From: Phoronis australis
Taxonomy: Eukaryota > Animalia > Phoronida
Reading direction: 5' to 3'
Assembly (NCBI GenBank): GCA_002633005.1
Contig: NMRA01000024.1
Location: forward strand, 1,331,903 to 1,395,902
Length of the DNA stretch: 64,000 nt
Shown here one piece after another: positions 52,501 to 64,000 of this stretch. The notes beneath the pieces were generated by a model. It was not told the origin of the DNA. It worked only from the letters and a program-made list of their open reading frames with translations, and searched no databases. The position numbers and the translations under genes are program-made. The stretch's first letter is position 1; each line of letters starts with the position of its first letter.

Positions 52501-55500
52501 ACTAGAATTGTACAAGTCCCACTGTTGTCAAGTGGTCTGTTAATGATCTGAGGCCCTATTTCGTGAAGTATAGCAATTACTACATATTAAGTGATGATTT
52601 CACTACTGTGATAAAACACTCAGTCTGGTTAAAGTATTTGATATACCGTGGAAAACTGGTGGCTTTTGAACTCATTCTGTTAGGCTTCTGAAATTGAATT
52701 CCTTGTAAAAAGCTACTCAAGGAACATTTTGACGAGAAGAAATATGATAAATATTTGACAAAACAGATACACCTAGGACTTGTTTCGCTCGTACCCGTTG
52801 ATGGAGGTTGTAGTAACTCTTTGAGCCATGGTAGATACAGCTTGCAAGTCATAATGCCTGAGAAATGAGCACCTGAATGCTTAATAATGGACAAGTTGAT
52901 ATCTGATTTAAGGCTCAATTTAGAAACTGGTTTCGCCTAAATTTGAAACCGAATGAGATGTTTTAGTACTGAAATAGTGGGAATTTCTGATTGTAAACCT
53001 TCAATGTATGTTCCAATACCACAAAAGTAAGTCTGGGTATACTTTCTGACATAAGAAGCCCCATAAATGGAAAACTGCTCACAAAGAGGTCATATCGTGC
53101 ATGTTCGTGCATGACACAATGATTGAAACAATCAATTGGCCTGATGACTCAGTCACCGAAACCTGAATAAAGCCTGTTGTTTTTTGACGAGTGACACACC
53201 CTTCAGCAAATAGATGTGATGACCCACCGAGCCAATTTTACTAGAATATGAGACCACATCTACATAGGGCCTCTATTGTAAAAGTTTACAAACCCGGCCG
53301 CAAATCTACTGGAAAGTGTTTATTTTGAACGATGCTCCCTTGTACTATTCATATGTGGAAGGATATCTAAAAAAACCTTAGCTACTTAGAATTGTAATAA
53401 AATAATGAACTAGCAAAAGCGGGCGCATATGCCTATGTTAAAAGAAATTATCAAATGCAGATGCACGAACATACAGGGCAGATACTTGAGACTCACCTAT
53501 ATGAGACAACAGCTTTGAGGCAGCTATTCTGTACTTCCACACCGGAGACTTCGCCAGCTGATCCATAACTGCCGCTATCACCATCTCATCACGGTGATTA
53601 AGTTGACGGACGAGAACCTCCAGTGCCTGAAATATGTGGTTTAAATAACATGACACTGTATTATCAATAAATAACAGTAACAAAATTAAGAATCCTTTGT
53701 GTAAACCCTTGCACACTGATTGGATCCCGGAAAACAAGTGGGGAGTTTGACGATAGCACTTGTACAGGACTTGCAGGTATTTTTCTCCAACCTAAAATCC
53801 AAATTAACCACATAAAAAGTGCATGTAGGCCACTCATCCCGTCAGAAATGGCCTCAAACTTGTCCTTACCATAATAGGACTTCATTTCTGTTGCCACAAA
53901 TATCAACACAGCACTTCTGAATTTACAATATTCACAAAATCAAAGGATTGCCCAGCCATTCTGAATTTAGGAAATCAAATTCAGTCACAGGTCATCAATC
54001 AATTCCAACAGAATGTGGAAAAACTGGCTTAGCAGACCTCCACAAATCGCTTCCACATTGTATCCAGATTCTCATTCACTCCCTTGCCTACATTCACTAT
54101 TAAGAAGTGGCTCCCATTTTGACAGACGAAATTGGAGTTTATTTTGCATTCTTTTGAGCCCACAACAAAACAGTACTTTAACAGACACGCATTCTTTTAT
54201 TTTATTATCATATTGTTTTCACTGCCCAATTCTTTGAGTGCTGCCACTGGCAATTAAAATCTCTTAATCTTTATGCATAGATGAAAATTTGGGAAAAGGA
54301 TTTAATAATTTGACTTATAGGTTCTGTTGATTTCTGGCAAACTGTCATTGGCTAGTTGAGACTACACTCTGATCATTTCATCAATTTACTACCCTCCAAG
54401 CAAAGGGTAGATGTAAAGATGTCAATTAAACCTGGGTCAATGTCCTAGGCAGTAGATAATGTCTTGTCAACTTGATGACACATAAACAAAATTTAGCTAG
54501 TATCAGAATCTGTAAATTGGAAGCACTTAGTTTGAAAACAAACTAATTAATATAATAAATTAAGCTGACAGTGCACAGTTCACAGATTTTTGAAACCAGA
54601 ATTTCACAGTTTTGTCTTGATTTCTATGTTTTCTCTCACAAGCAATTGTTATCAAAAAAATTGCTAACAATCAGTACACTTCTGTTAGACTGATTCCATC
54701 TTTGACTCAACTCAATTCCTATGACTACTCAAATGCACTGCTGACTCATTACCATTTGTCAACAAGTCACGTGCATTTAAGGCTTTGTTTGACTATTTCC
54801 ATTAACATTCAGGTTTACATAAAACAAGCAACACTTGCTGATCCAAAATATTTACTAGCTTCTAGACAACTTATCAATACTCTGTGCCAAAAATATTACA
54901 TGGCATCCCAATGACAGTGTGTTTACCAATTTAAGACTGGTGTTTCCATGACCACAACAAATTCTAAGAATTTTCCAGTCTACAAGCATGTCACAAATTA
55001 AAGATCTCGTTAATATCACAAACAATGTTTGACATGACGGAAGATTGTAACAAAATAAGCACTGCATTTTAAAATTGAGATTTCTGTTCAGGCCAAATTA
55101 ATGTGTATACCTGATGCATCACGTGAGTGTCTGTGGTCTCAGCTAGAACTCGTCTCATCTTGTCTTTAGCACTCTCGTCAGCAACACACAATTTGCCGAG
55201 ACAGATGGCCGCATCAAATGCCACTGCGTCAGCTGGGTCGGGGTTGCGGCAGAAGTGACTTAGAATTGTCACAAGCTCAGGGAATGATTTAGAGGACTGG
55301 AAACAGTATTGTCAGTGTGGATTAGTATCAGTAACATGATCTAATTTTATTTGATATTTAAATGTTCAAGATGAATTGTCAAAAATACTGTTACAATATT
55401 TTAATTTATAATTTCGTTTTTATTTTATTAAACTATTGATTATGTTCATAAAAATGATTAAACTCCTACGTTTTGTTAGCTCCTCATACAAAAGTCGGGT

Positions 55501-58500
55501 GGGCGGATGCATCCTTCTGCTGCATCTGTGGCAGATTGTCACCCACCTTTACAGTTCAACATGTTATATAACTTTTGTAATTACTGATATCTGTAGTAGT
55601 TTAGTTTGTCATAGTATATATGACCTTTTATCTCAACTACACGTGTTGTCTCACTGTAAACTAGCTTCGGTATCGCTTTGCAGTTAGCGCATATAAAAAC
55701 AATTACTAAAAACACTTTGGAGTACAGTGCATATTAGTAGCATCTGAAAATTTCCTAATGAATCCTATCAGCCATTTGTGAAATATGATGAGCCAAGGTT
55801 GGTCATAATTTGGACATTGTTAGAGGATCCTACATAAACTTACAAAGAATATTCACCACATCAAGAATTGTATGACACCTGGCTTACCTCAAAATCTAGG
55901 CTGCTGACTGCTGGTTTGGAAATTGGCCCAATTATATTGCGCGCACAGAATTAATGAGAAACGTCATAATGGCAAAATTATAAAAGAGTTTTAGGTTGTA
56001 AAAGTCACATTTCTTGTCCGATTTACAAAATTCAAAAACCAAATGTATACCTATCACGAACTATTCACTAAATATGGTACTTAAAAACTTTCAAATCGAG
56101 CATTTAAAAAATGTCACTCAAATGTGTTTATGATTATCTAGAGAATGATAACATCAGCAGCCTGAGGTGATGTAATTGTAACTACAACAGCATGGTGTCT
56201 TTGATTAATACGGCCGATGTCACAGTTTGCATACCAGTTGAGATGCCTAAACATGACCGTTGGGTGAGAGTGTCAACGTAGGATTTTTCTCATGACCTTC
56301 ATTTCTGCGTAACCCAAATCTGCTCTGTTCAATCCTCACAAACACCCATTACACTCGCACTAGGTCGACAATTACTCAATGTATCAAAATTCCGCGTTTC
56401 ATCAATGCACTGGAAATGTAGTTTCAGGAACAACGCAGATGTATTAAGCATTGTAAACTGTTCAAATCTGTCATAATAGCCTGTTAGTTACAGCCTCTGA
56501 ACTCACTAATGTAGCTTTTCTGTTAACACCGCAACAAGGAGCTCTTGTCTATCGCAACTCCACCAAAACTCCGCTTACTTTCCCATTGACTGCATGGTGG
56601 CATCAAAGTTAGTTTTCTTATTTAAACAATAGGTGGTGCATTGGAATTGTACTCTCGAACTAAATGGATTTGAAACATTTTCTGTCATTTACAGTTAATT
56701 ATGCCAGTCTGATTAGTGTTATTTTCTGTCAGATTTCTATTATCAATTGATTCCTTCACATGTGACTATTAGTGACGAAAGGTGGGGAATGAAAAATGTA
56801 TTTAGTATCACATGATTCATGTCACGATTTCTAGTGATTACTCTAGCCAAAGTGGAGTAAATGTTTCCCACTAAAGCAGAGGTGCCCAACAATTCCCACT
56901 TAATTCCACCTATTTTGAGAGGAGATGCGATGATTAATAATTTTACAAAGAGCAGAACTCCACTAAAACAGGAGTTTGGGTGTTGGTGGGAAAGTGGCAG
57001 ATCAACTTCACCACAGACATATCAGTTTGTATTGTGAAACATGATTATGGAAAAAGTATATCAAGTAGACACGAACAAAGAACAAGTCATTGGCGAGCTT
57101 CTTTTTTGATTTTGGAACTCAGCAGCCACAAGGATAATTACTATCATTTCTCTCTTACATACAGGTAATTATGATACTTAGCGTTTACTTAATCAGTGAC
57201 ATTCAATAATTAGGACAATCATCACCATGCAAATTCTCTTGATATAAAACATTGGACATTATATGGTAATAAGAGGCTCAAAGTTACTTAATACTGAATA
57301 TGTAAGTGAGACTGTCAAGCTCAGTGCATTAACTGAAACCCTGGAATTTGCATCATACCTTGTTAACAAACTGCACATTCCTAGCCTGGCACAAGCCCTT
57401 GATGAGATCGACTCTGATCTCCGAGTTGCCTAAAGTGAGGTAGTCCACAATACTTGCAAGCACTTCCTCATCCCAGCAACCTGAGAAAGACCAAGTTACA
57501 TAACATCATAGGTAATCATTTACACAACCAGGCCACACACAGCTTTCGATCCCATTCTATCAGTTCAGCTATTCATTTATAAGGACTGGGCTGAGTTCCG
57601 TAAACGCAAGAATATCACAACTTAATAAATGTATATGATCATGTTTTTTCACAACATTCTCGTATTTACGGAATGCTACCCAGGTGAGACTAGTCTCCAT
57701 AGCAATGTCGCTATTCACTGAGCTCCAAAACACCAGAAGCGTATTCAATAAGGCGAGTGATGACAACCTCCCTGAGCGCTCACTTCTTGACCAACTCTTA
57801 GCAAGTGGACACTCGCTAATGTAAACGCTCGATAGGTAGTTCGCTTAAAAATCCAAGATGGAGTGAGAAAGAAAAGCAGAGTTTCAAGGCGATTACCTTC
57901 AGAAATGATTGTGATTCTAAATGGTATACATTAACATCATCATATGAAGTAATTTTCATAAGTTTGGTACAGAAAGAAATAATTTTATCTAATGAAATGA
58001 AGCTTTATTTATATTGACTATAGGGACCTTTCTTTGTTTTCTGAAGTGAGCACACCCTGTCGCTCCATAGCGAGCTCTCATTTTTAGACGGGCGCTTGCT
58101 CTCACTTAAGGTGGGCACGCACTCTACTGAACAAGTCTCTGTTCTCATCAAACTTCACAACTTGTGAGTTAAACCCTTCAGTGCCATAAAATTGGTCTCA
58201 ACTATTTCCTTACTGGGAATTAGAAGGGATCCTTGTGAATCAGAAAAACTGCCAACAGAGCACTAGTACCGACTGAACTAGACATTAAGCAAGCATAGAT
58301 CACCATGTGCCAAGCGTGCAGACGTGGCTATGAGCCATACAGTTAGGAAAGTCGCTTTCTAACGTGCGCACGAGAAGAACTAATTAGAGTTACATGCATT
58401 GGTGTTTAAAAACATTACGACAATCATCTGATCTAAAAGTATTGTCGAATGAGCCAGCAATGACTGGCACAGGACATGCATACATGTGCCATTTTTATGA

Positions 58501-61500
58501 AGCGCCAAAGGGTTCTTAAAAGAATGAGAGTGACAGAAATCTAAAGTAACGTACTGATTAATCATAGCAAGAAAAATCTACGAAGATCATATACTGACCA
58601 ACCGCAGCAAGAGAAACCTACAAGGACCATATACTGACCAATCAGAGTGAAAGAAATCTACACTGGTCAATATTCTGACCACTCAGAGCTTGAAAAATCT
58701 ACAATGATCATATACTAACCAATCAGAACAAGAGAAATCTAAAATCATATACTGACCAATCAGAGCAAGAGATTTGGTAGCATTGTATCGAACTTGTTCA
58801 TCCTCATCTTTGTCTAGCCGGTCCTTGAGTGAATAGATGACAACGGCATCTCCACACTTCAATAAACCTAGGTGCTGAAATGGAATTGCCATGTATATCT
58901 GAGGTGATCTGATAACAGTGGCACGTCTCAAATTAAAAGATCTCGGGCATTATATAATAACCCTATGTCATAAAAATATTACACAAATCCATACAAACTA
59001 TAAAGATATTGTTTTTAAGTTAAAAAGATTTTAAGATGGAAGAAAATTAATTTGCTACACAGAATATAATACACATCGTGTTGAAACAAGTTTGAGTGAA
59101 AATTTATCTTTTTGTAAAAATAACACCACAGATCTCAAAGCAAAAATGTTTAACTCCCTACCTTGGCTGCATCACGCCTTTCCTCATCTCGAGGGCTAAC
59201 TAAATTGCAGTGGACAATATTCTGGAAAAAAGAAGAGAACTGGCTCGAGTGTTGAGAACCTTAAGCTACCAACATAAAGGAATACAAAGTTACAGGAATT
59301 TAACTCACACAAAGCAGTAACTAGTTCAAGAATGTTTCGAGTCTATTGGTAATTTCAGCACATGCAATAGGGCCATCCCAAATTACACGGCAATAGAACT
59401 CTAATTTGTTCTGGAGATAAGAAACCGTGACTTTGTTTTGGAGATCAAGCACATTTTTGGGTCCCTCATTAATGTCAGGATGGCAAAGAACTTCACATCG
59501 CGCATCCATGGGTATTTGTCCAGTTTATCAAACTTTCTCGGAGTTGCAACCCACAGCACAGCAGTAATACTTCCTTTGCATTGGAAGAATGAACAGAGTA
59601 ATGCAACTGAGAAAAAATGTAAAGAATCAGACAACAACAAATACCATGTGAAACTCCAATGGCACCAAAATGAGGCAGCAAATGTGTCTGACGAATGCCT
59701 GTTTACTGCATTGTGAGTAAATACAACGAGATTCGAGTGTCGCTGAGTAATCCTGGACAGTCCTATTACCAAACTTACCTTCACCCTTTCCCACTTAAAT
59801 CCAGAGTGTTCGAGCGCTCCTGAGTGGGATTTCATTTTCCTCCACTTAACAGGATCAGCTGTAAAAGCAAAGAACAGTTAATGACCAGCAACAAGCCAAG
59901 CTTTGTACACATGATGAAGGATTAGATTTCATACAGTTCTGAATTCAAGAAAGGGCTGCAAGAACAGGGGAGTGGGAAAAAGGCACGTCCCCCAAAAAAC
60001 TAGAACACCGAAATTATTGCTGATTTGTTGTGCAAAACTCCATTCATACAGTGGCAACACAGATGTTAATGAGCTTTACTCAAACTCTTGGTACAACACT
60101 TTTACAATTCCAGTGATCTCTTAAATTGTCAGTTATGAATCAGGTTAGAATACATGCGTTTGTTTTTGAAGTCATGGCATTTTGCCTCAAAATAATCAAA
60201 AAATTATTGTAAAATTAAAAAGGTTTTTGGTGAAACTGCAGCTTGCCATTTCGGGGATTTCTCTCAAAATTTGGAGAACATTTACTTGGAAGATGAACTT
60301 GAGCCTCAAGCCAAATTTTTCACAAACAAATTTGCAAGTTTTATTCATTCTCTCTAATTTCACAAATATCACGGCATGACGACTATCAAAGGATAACCAA
60401 AAAGGGAAAGCCACAGTCTTTGGTAATATTGTCATTAAAGTTTGTACCATCATTTATATAAACGGCGTCTCAATATTAATTACAGTTCTGCTGGTACACT
60501 TTATATTATGCAGGCAATATTCTTTATAAAACAAATCAACCAATACTTCAGTTTCTCCCAACCTATGTCCCAGTTAACAAATACTAAGAGTGAACACAGT
60601 TTGAACCACACCCAAACAAATACACCGTCCAGGAAACAGAAGTCTAAACTCCACACCTTAATAATATTGCATCCATAACTAGTATAACAGGTCAATCGCA
60701 TTTCTTAAAACAAGTCTGCAATGCGAAGGATTGAAATGTGCCCATGACTGCACCGCAAACAGTATGTTTCTACGTGTGTTTATTAATATCGTAAAAGTGG
60801 CTACTAGGTAGCACAGAATACGTTTAATATGTGGATGATTTCTCGCTTACACTGGTCACCCCTCACATTCCCTCAGCCCCAGACAACTTTTATGATGCCT
60901 ATTCAGCACGCCCTTGTATTGATGTACACCCGAGCCAATGAAGTGGAAAGGTAATATCTAGCACCACTGTCTCAACAATGGTGGTTGTTATTACACCTAA
61001 ATTGGTTTTCTCTGGCATTTGCACAGAGTTGACCTGCAACTGTGGAGAGTAGTTTTAACTTTTTGGTACATTTTGAATATTACAAAATGACTAAAAAAAT
61101 TTAATTTGTTGTGTTTATCTTGACAAAGGTCCACTTCCCAAAAAAACAGTGGTTTTAAATGTGTTTCCGATACCTGTTTTCGCCATTTCATTTTTGATAC
61201 TCCTGTCCACTTGTTTTCTTTTCTTACAAGTTGATATCATATTTTTGTTTCATTTTTAAACTTGAAGTAAAAAACAATGGTAGATTTTGATCACCAGCGA
61301 AACCTTAAATTACCCGGTAGTTAAGTTAAATTCGAACCCATCTCTGAGCTTTCCAACCTTACAGCTACACAAAACATTTCATGGCAAACAAAACTACATG
61401 TGTCATTAGTTAAAAGTTTAATCTTTATTAGAACTCAAATCATAAAATACACACTAGCCAAACTGAAGATTTAGAATCTCTGGACAATTTTGATTGCACT

Positions 61501-63497
61501 GACTATGTAACTATTCTAGATTTTTGTCAGTCTTGAAAATGAAGAGTGGGCACAACTGCTGTTTTCTAGTCAAAAATCTGGTTAAACGAGAATGAAAGAG
61601 TATTAAAAGAATAATCTATGCATTGTTAACTCTGATCAGCATTAATTTTGTAAATCTACCGAGAACATCATTACACACGGAGTCTTCAATTGTACCAAAT
61701 GTTTGTAGTTTTAGCTCATTAGTTCATCAATTTTTGAAAATTGAAAACCACACTTGGTTGTTTTTTTCTAGCAGAACACCATCGTGGTGTTTGTTTTTAA
61801 CAAAAATTCACCAGTATGTACAGTCAGAGATGGTTACTAAAGTTGATGGTCGGGTAATTACATGTAATTGGGTCTTGCTCGCACAGGACAATGAGGTCAT
61901 CACAACCGTATCCGACCGGCGCCGCACTCTTTAATCCTAGGAAAAGCCGCTCAAGACGAGCGGTGAAAATTCCCGCTTGTCTTTAGAAATGCGTGGCCTT
62001 CCTTGTAAGCGTATTATTCACGGTATGATTTGAAAATGAAAAGACATTATCTTCTCTTTAATAGGAACCTGTAAATCTTATTCACACAGCCACCATTTTA
62101 GCAGTAAGTGAGCCTCTTTTAGGTTAAAAAACAATGCAATTGAGACAAAGATATAATGAGGCACGCAAAAAAAATCCCACTTTGCGCTGTGATTAAGCAC
62201 AGAGGTGATGCATTGTTTTTAAAACCTAAAAAGAGGCTCACTTTTAAAAAGGGGTTCAGACTGTATCAAATCCATTCGAAATCAGGAAGGTGTTATTGTC
62301 ACCTCAGTAAAAACATATTTGCTGAATTTCGTGAAAATCTGTCAGGGAACTGGCCAGATACATTGCCACTAGGGGGCACACCCGTAGTTGGAACACTCAA
62401 AAAATCAGCTGTCAGCTTCAAAGAAATACACTAAACAAATTTCAAGAAAATCCTCCAAGCAGTTAAGGAGATACAGCTGCAGAAAATGCAGGATGCCCAG
62501 ACAGAGGAGACTACAATATCCACCAACATCGGTATGTGGGTGCATAACTCCATAAACGTAGGATTTTTTCCTTTAACACTACAGCGCTACCTTTAGGTTT
62601 GGAATCCTCTTCATCGTTCAAAGTGTTTTCTTCATCTGTGCAGGTGAGAACACAAGGGTTAGTCATTGATAAATCGTGCAAATCACACTCACGCCGTCGT
62701 GTGCAACTCTTGTGACTGTTAGAACAAACCAGTATTGAAATCACAGCCGCAACATTTACTATGAAATGGTCTTAGACAACAATGAATTAGCTGAACAGTT
62801 GATTACCAACTCTCACCATTTCACTCCTCAGATAACAAAATTTACATTTTCATATCTATTCAATGTGCAGCACTTCCAAAAAGTCAGCACATACCAAAAC
62901 TCTTTCATGAAAAATTCCCTTCAGTTTGCAAAACCATGCTGTTTCTTCTGATGTATATAGAACAAGTTATACATTTTATCTCATACTAACTTGAGTTACA
63001 TAACTAAATAACAAAAGAGAATTGAAAACAAATGAACAGTTTTTAGCATAAGGGGTAACAATGTTTATCAAAATCGTATCAATAAAACATGTTGAACAAA
63101 TATAGTTCACCACCTGATGAATCATCGTCGTAATCAATATTGTTGAAGCTTTCCCAAGACTCCATTATTACCGAGGTTAGTTGAAAGCTATCACACAGCA
63201 CAATAAACTATTTTGACATCATGATGAGGTCATAGGTTAACACCTACCCATAATGCCTTTGAGTGCTCCCACTGTTTTGGCCATTGTGGCAAGGCGTTTC
63301 ATTTTTGCAGACTGTTCGCGTCTAAAACCAAAATATCGAAGGATATTAAGTTTGGTTGACAGTTTTCAAGAATTGTCATCTCCTAACAACTTGTGTGTGA
63401 CGTCATGGATATCACACTGCATTGTTTGATAAAACTGAACAAAAGAGAAAGTTACAAGACTTGTACCTTTGTCTTTGGCTATAAAAACTTTGTGTGT
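34544..63497 (-). CDS. HEATR9: HEAT-repeat protein, HEATR9-like; 14 coding exons, 5'-partial, about 428 codons in the window
   Basis: Exons 63497-63467, 63321-63248, 62635-62591, 59858-59779, 59221-59162, 58874-58757, 57480-57359, 55296-55111, 53626-53497, 49696-49614, 44854-44781, 42675-42624, 38862-38684 and 34598-34544 join GT-AG in compatible phases into one open frame. Motifs KWERVK..LVSPRDEERRDAAKHLG, VRYNATKSLALIGC, AFDAAICLGKL, ALEVLVRQL..VIAAVMDQL and SRAHAVISLGTLGVKS are collinear with vertebrate HEATR9 as I recall it. Confidence 0.85.
35655..35945. repeat. GAT/GAC-rich low-complexity sequence in a diverged tandem duplication
   Basis: gacgaatatga(c/t)gacg..ggtggcga...catgacgaa...aaatca.taagaaa.aggctacagt occurs twice. 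Confidence 0.65.
35950..36775. mobile_element. Helitron/Helentron-type non-autonomous repeat (HINE-like)
   Basis: Recurrent ccgccatctt, aaaatggcc and ataactcgaaaa motifs and a terminal (caaa)n tract; family assignment by resemblance only. Confidence 0.4.
37600..38712. repeat. Minisatellite (~40-bp monomer, 78-80-bp dimer) anchored on the splice donor of the HEATR9-like exon 38862-38684
   Basis: gactcacctagccagcatacc at 38441, 38521, 38599 and 38677; degenerate gacccac/gactcac-ttagcca units extend to about 37600. Confidence 0.9.
38684..38862 (-). CDS. HEATR9: HEATR9-like exon (GTLGVKSDKIIRLLIEML...GEGMLA)
   Basis: tatttcag acceptor, AG|gtgagt donor; HEAT-repeat pattern; phase 0 to 2. Confidence 0.88.
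42260..42470 (+). mobile_element. Possible decayed tRNA-derived SINE
   Basis: A-box-like tgggctagtgg and a central ataaaatggtaccagg; no clear B-box. Confidence 0.3.
42624..42675 (-). CDS. HEATR9: HEATR9-like exon (RLDDQNEDSRAHAVISL)
   Basis: ttcttgtag acceptor, CTG|gtaagt donor; phase 2 to 0. Confidence 0.87.
43577..44171. repeat. Near-perfect 296-bp tandem duplication
   Basis: aattaaaagtagtaag starts at 43577 and 43873; only a few substitutions between copies. Confidence 0.92.
44781..44854 (-). CDS. HEATR9: HEATR9-like exon (EVRIEVAQTIHSLNLFHKACEQVV)
   Basis: attttcag acceptor, AA|gtgagt donor; phase 0 to 2. Confidence 0.87.
45373..49153. mobile_element. 3.8-kb pogo/Tigger-like non-autonomous element in a HEATR9 intron
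   Basis: TIR ctgtaaagtcgcgtgattttcgga / tccgaaaatcacgcgactttaccg|ta; repeated aatttcggaca subterminal motifs. Confidence 0.75.
46694..46958. mobile_element. Nested pogo-like MITE
   Basis: gatttccgtatataagt / acttatatacggaaatc inverted ends. Confidence 0.6.
49190..49445. repeat. Degenerate ~55-60-bp tandem repeat
   Basis: aca(g/a)gttgcatcaaaa...tact and gccagcaat.aattaca recur. Confidence 0.6.
49614..49696 (-). CDS. HEATR9: HEATR9-like exon (GPRFVCTEKNAEKVFDLLVKRLWDDPNK)
   Basis: ttctccag acceptor, AAG|gtaagt donor; phase 1 to 0. Confidence 0.88.
51035..52056. repeat. ~510-bp near-identical tandem duplication
   Basis: Copies start at 51035 and 51547 and differ by a 6-bp indel and about 3 substitutions; N at the junction (51546). 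Confidence 0.92.
53497..53626 (-). CDS. HEATR9: HEATR9-like exon (ALEVLVRQLNH...RIAASKLLSHI)
   Basis: atttcag acceptor, TAG|gtgagt donor; phase 0 to 1. Confidence 0.88.
55111..55296 (-). CDS. HEATR9: HEATR9-like exon (SSKSFPELV...AFDAAICLGKL...HVMHQ)
   Basis: gtttccag acceptor, CAG|gtatac donor; 62 codons. Confidence 0.88.
57359..57480 (-). CDS. HEATR9: HEATR9-like exon (GCWDEEVLASIVDYL...NVQFVNK)
   Basis: ctttctcag acceptor, AAG|gtatga donor; phase 1 to 0. Confidence 0.88.
58545..58772. repeat. Six-unit ~40-bp minisatellite anchored on the splice donor of the HEATR9-like exon 58874-58757
   Basis: Units of consensus atcatatactgaccaatcagagcaagagaaatcta, with actga cores at 58553, 58593, 58633, 58674, 58714 and 58751. 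Confidence 0.9.
58757..58874 (-). CDS. HEATR9: HEATR9-like exon (HLGLLKCGDAVV...VRYNATKSLALI)
   Basis: catttcag acceptor, TTG|gtcagt donor; HEAT-repeat pattern. Confidence 0.88.
59162..59221 (-). CDS. HEATR9: HEATR9-like exon (NIVHCNLVSPRDEERRDAAK)
   Basis: ttttttccag acceptor, AAG|gtaggg donor; phase 0 to 0. Confidence 0.85.
59779..59858 (-). CDS. HEATR9: HEATR9-like exon (DPVKWRKMKSHSGALEHSGFKWERVK)
   Basis: cttttacag acceptor, AAG|gtaagt donor; phase 1 to 0. Confidence 0.85.
62591..62635 (-). CDS. HEATR9: HEATR9-like exon (EENTLNDEEDSKPK)
   Basis: cacag acceptor, AAG|gtagcg donor; 45 nt, phase 1 to 1. Confidence 0.62.
63248..63321 (-). CDS. HEATR9: HEATR9-like exon (REQSAKMKRLATMAKTVGALKGIM)
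   Basis: ggttttag acceptor, G|gtaggt donor; phase 2 to 1. Confidence 0.72.
63467..63497 (-). CDS. HEATR9: HEATR9-like exon (TQSFYSQRQR)
   Basis: ttttttag acceptor, AG|gtacaa donor; phase 2 matches the next exon. Confidence 0.6.
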
Positions 63498-64000
63498 CTA
63501 AAAAAGCTTTCCTTTGCAGCTCAACATACAAAATATACAAAAAAAATAAAATCAAAATATATTTCACAATAAGAGATTACATCTTGCTTTACAAATGGCG
63601 CCACCTGGTGGAAGGCTGTCACAAATTGAGTACAAGTGAAGAACCGAAACTTTCATTCAATTAAGCCTGTAAAGGTTGCTGGTCACAGTCAGTTAGTTTT
63701 AGAAGCCAGTGAAATTTCAGGCCCTTGACACAATTTCAATTTCACATATTGAGCAAAAGATAAGGACACAGTGACGTTGCTTTGGAAGGGTAAATATGAG
63801 AGACACTATGATCACGCTTTAAGTCCCAGTGAAACATTTGGCTAGTACATTGTTTGTAGTATACAAACCGGAAATGTTAATGTCAATGTGAAACATCTAT
63901 TTGTTTTATATTTATATCAATACTGTACATGGTCAAATACTAACTTTAAGACATTGCTGAAATGGTGTTCACAGAGATTTTAAATGGTTAAAGCTGTTAC

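Noticed and set aside
59401-59778. 144-aa ORF as a stand-alone gene
   Set aside because: Only its first part is exon; the rest reads through a consensus gtaagt donor into intron.

Overview
AT-rich animal genomic DNA, probably an invertebrate. There is no prokaryotic gene organisation, and most of the ORF track is spurious. Two genes are supported. (1) An intronless RASD/Rhes/DIRAS-family small GTPase on the minus strand (ATG at 23984, stop at 23034) that unusually lacks a CAAX box. (2) A 5'-partial, 14-exon HEAT-repeat gene resembling HEATR9, also on the minus strand (63497 to 34544), reconstructed by hand from phase-compatible GT-AG junctions. The rest is mostly transposon debris: hAT-like elements and MITEs with 5-bp TSDs, Tc1/pogo-, Kolobok- and ISL2EU-like non-autonomous elements, a decayed LINE RT, a decayed YqaJ-like exonuclease gene, a long-hairpin element carrying a tRNA-like module, and a degenerate hammerhead ribozyme. 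The most unusual signal is two unrelated ~40-bp minisatellites, each built from a HEATR9 exon end plus its own 5' splice site, which create ladders of duplicate donor sites. All family assignments come from recalled motifs, not database searches.
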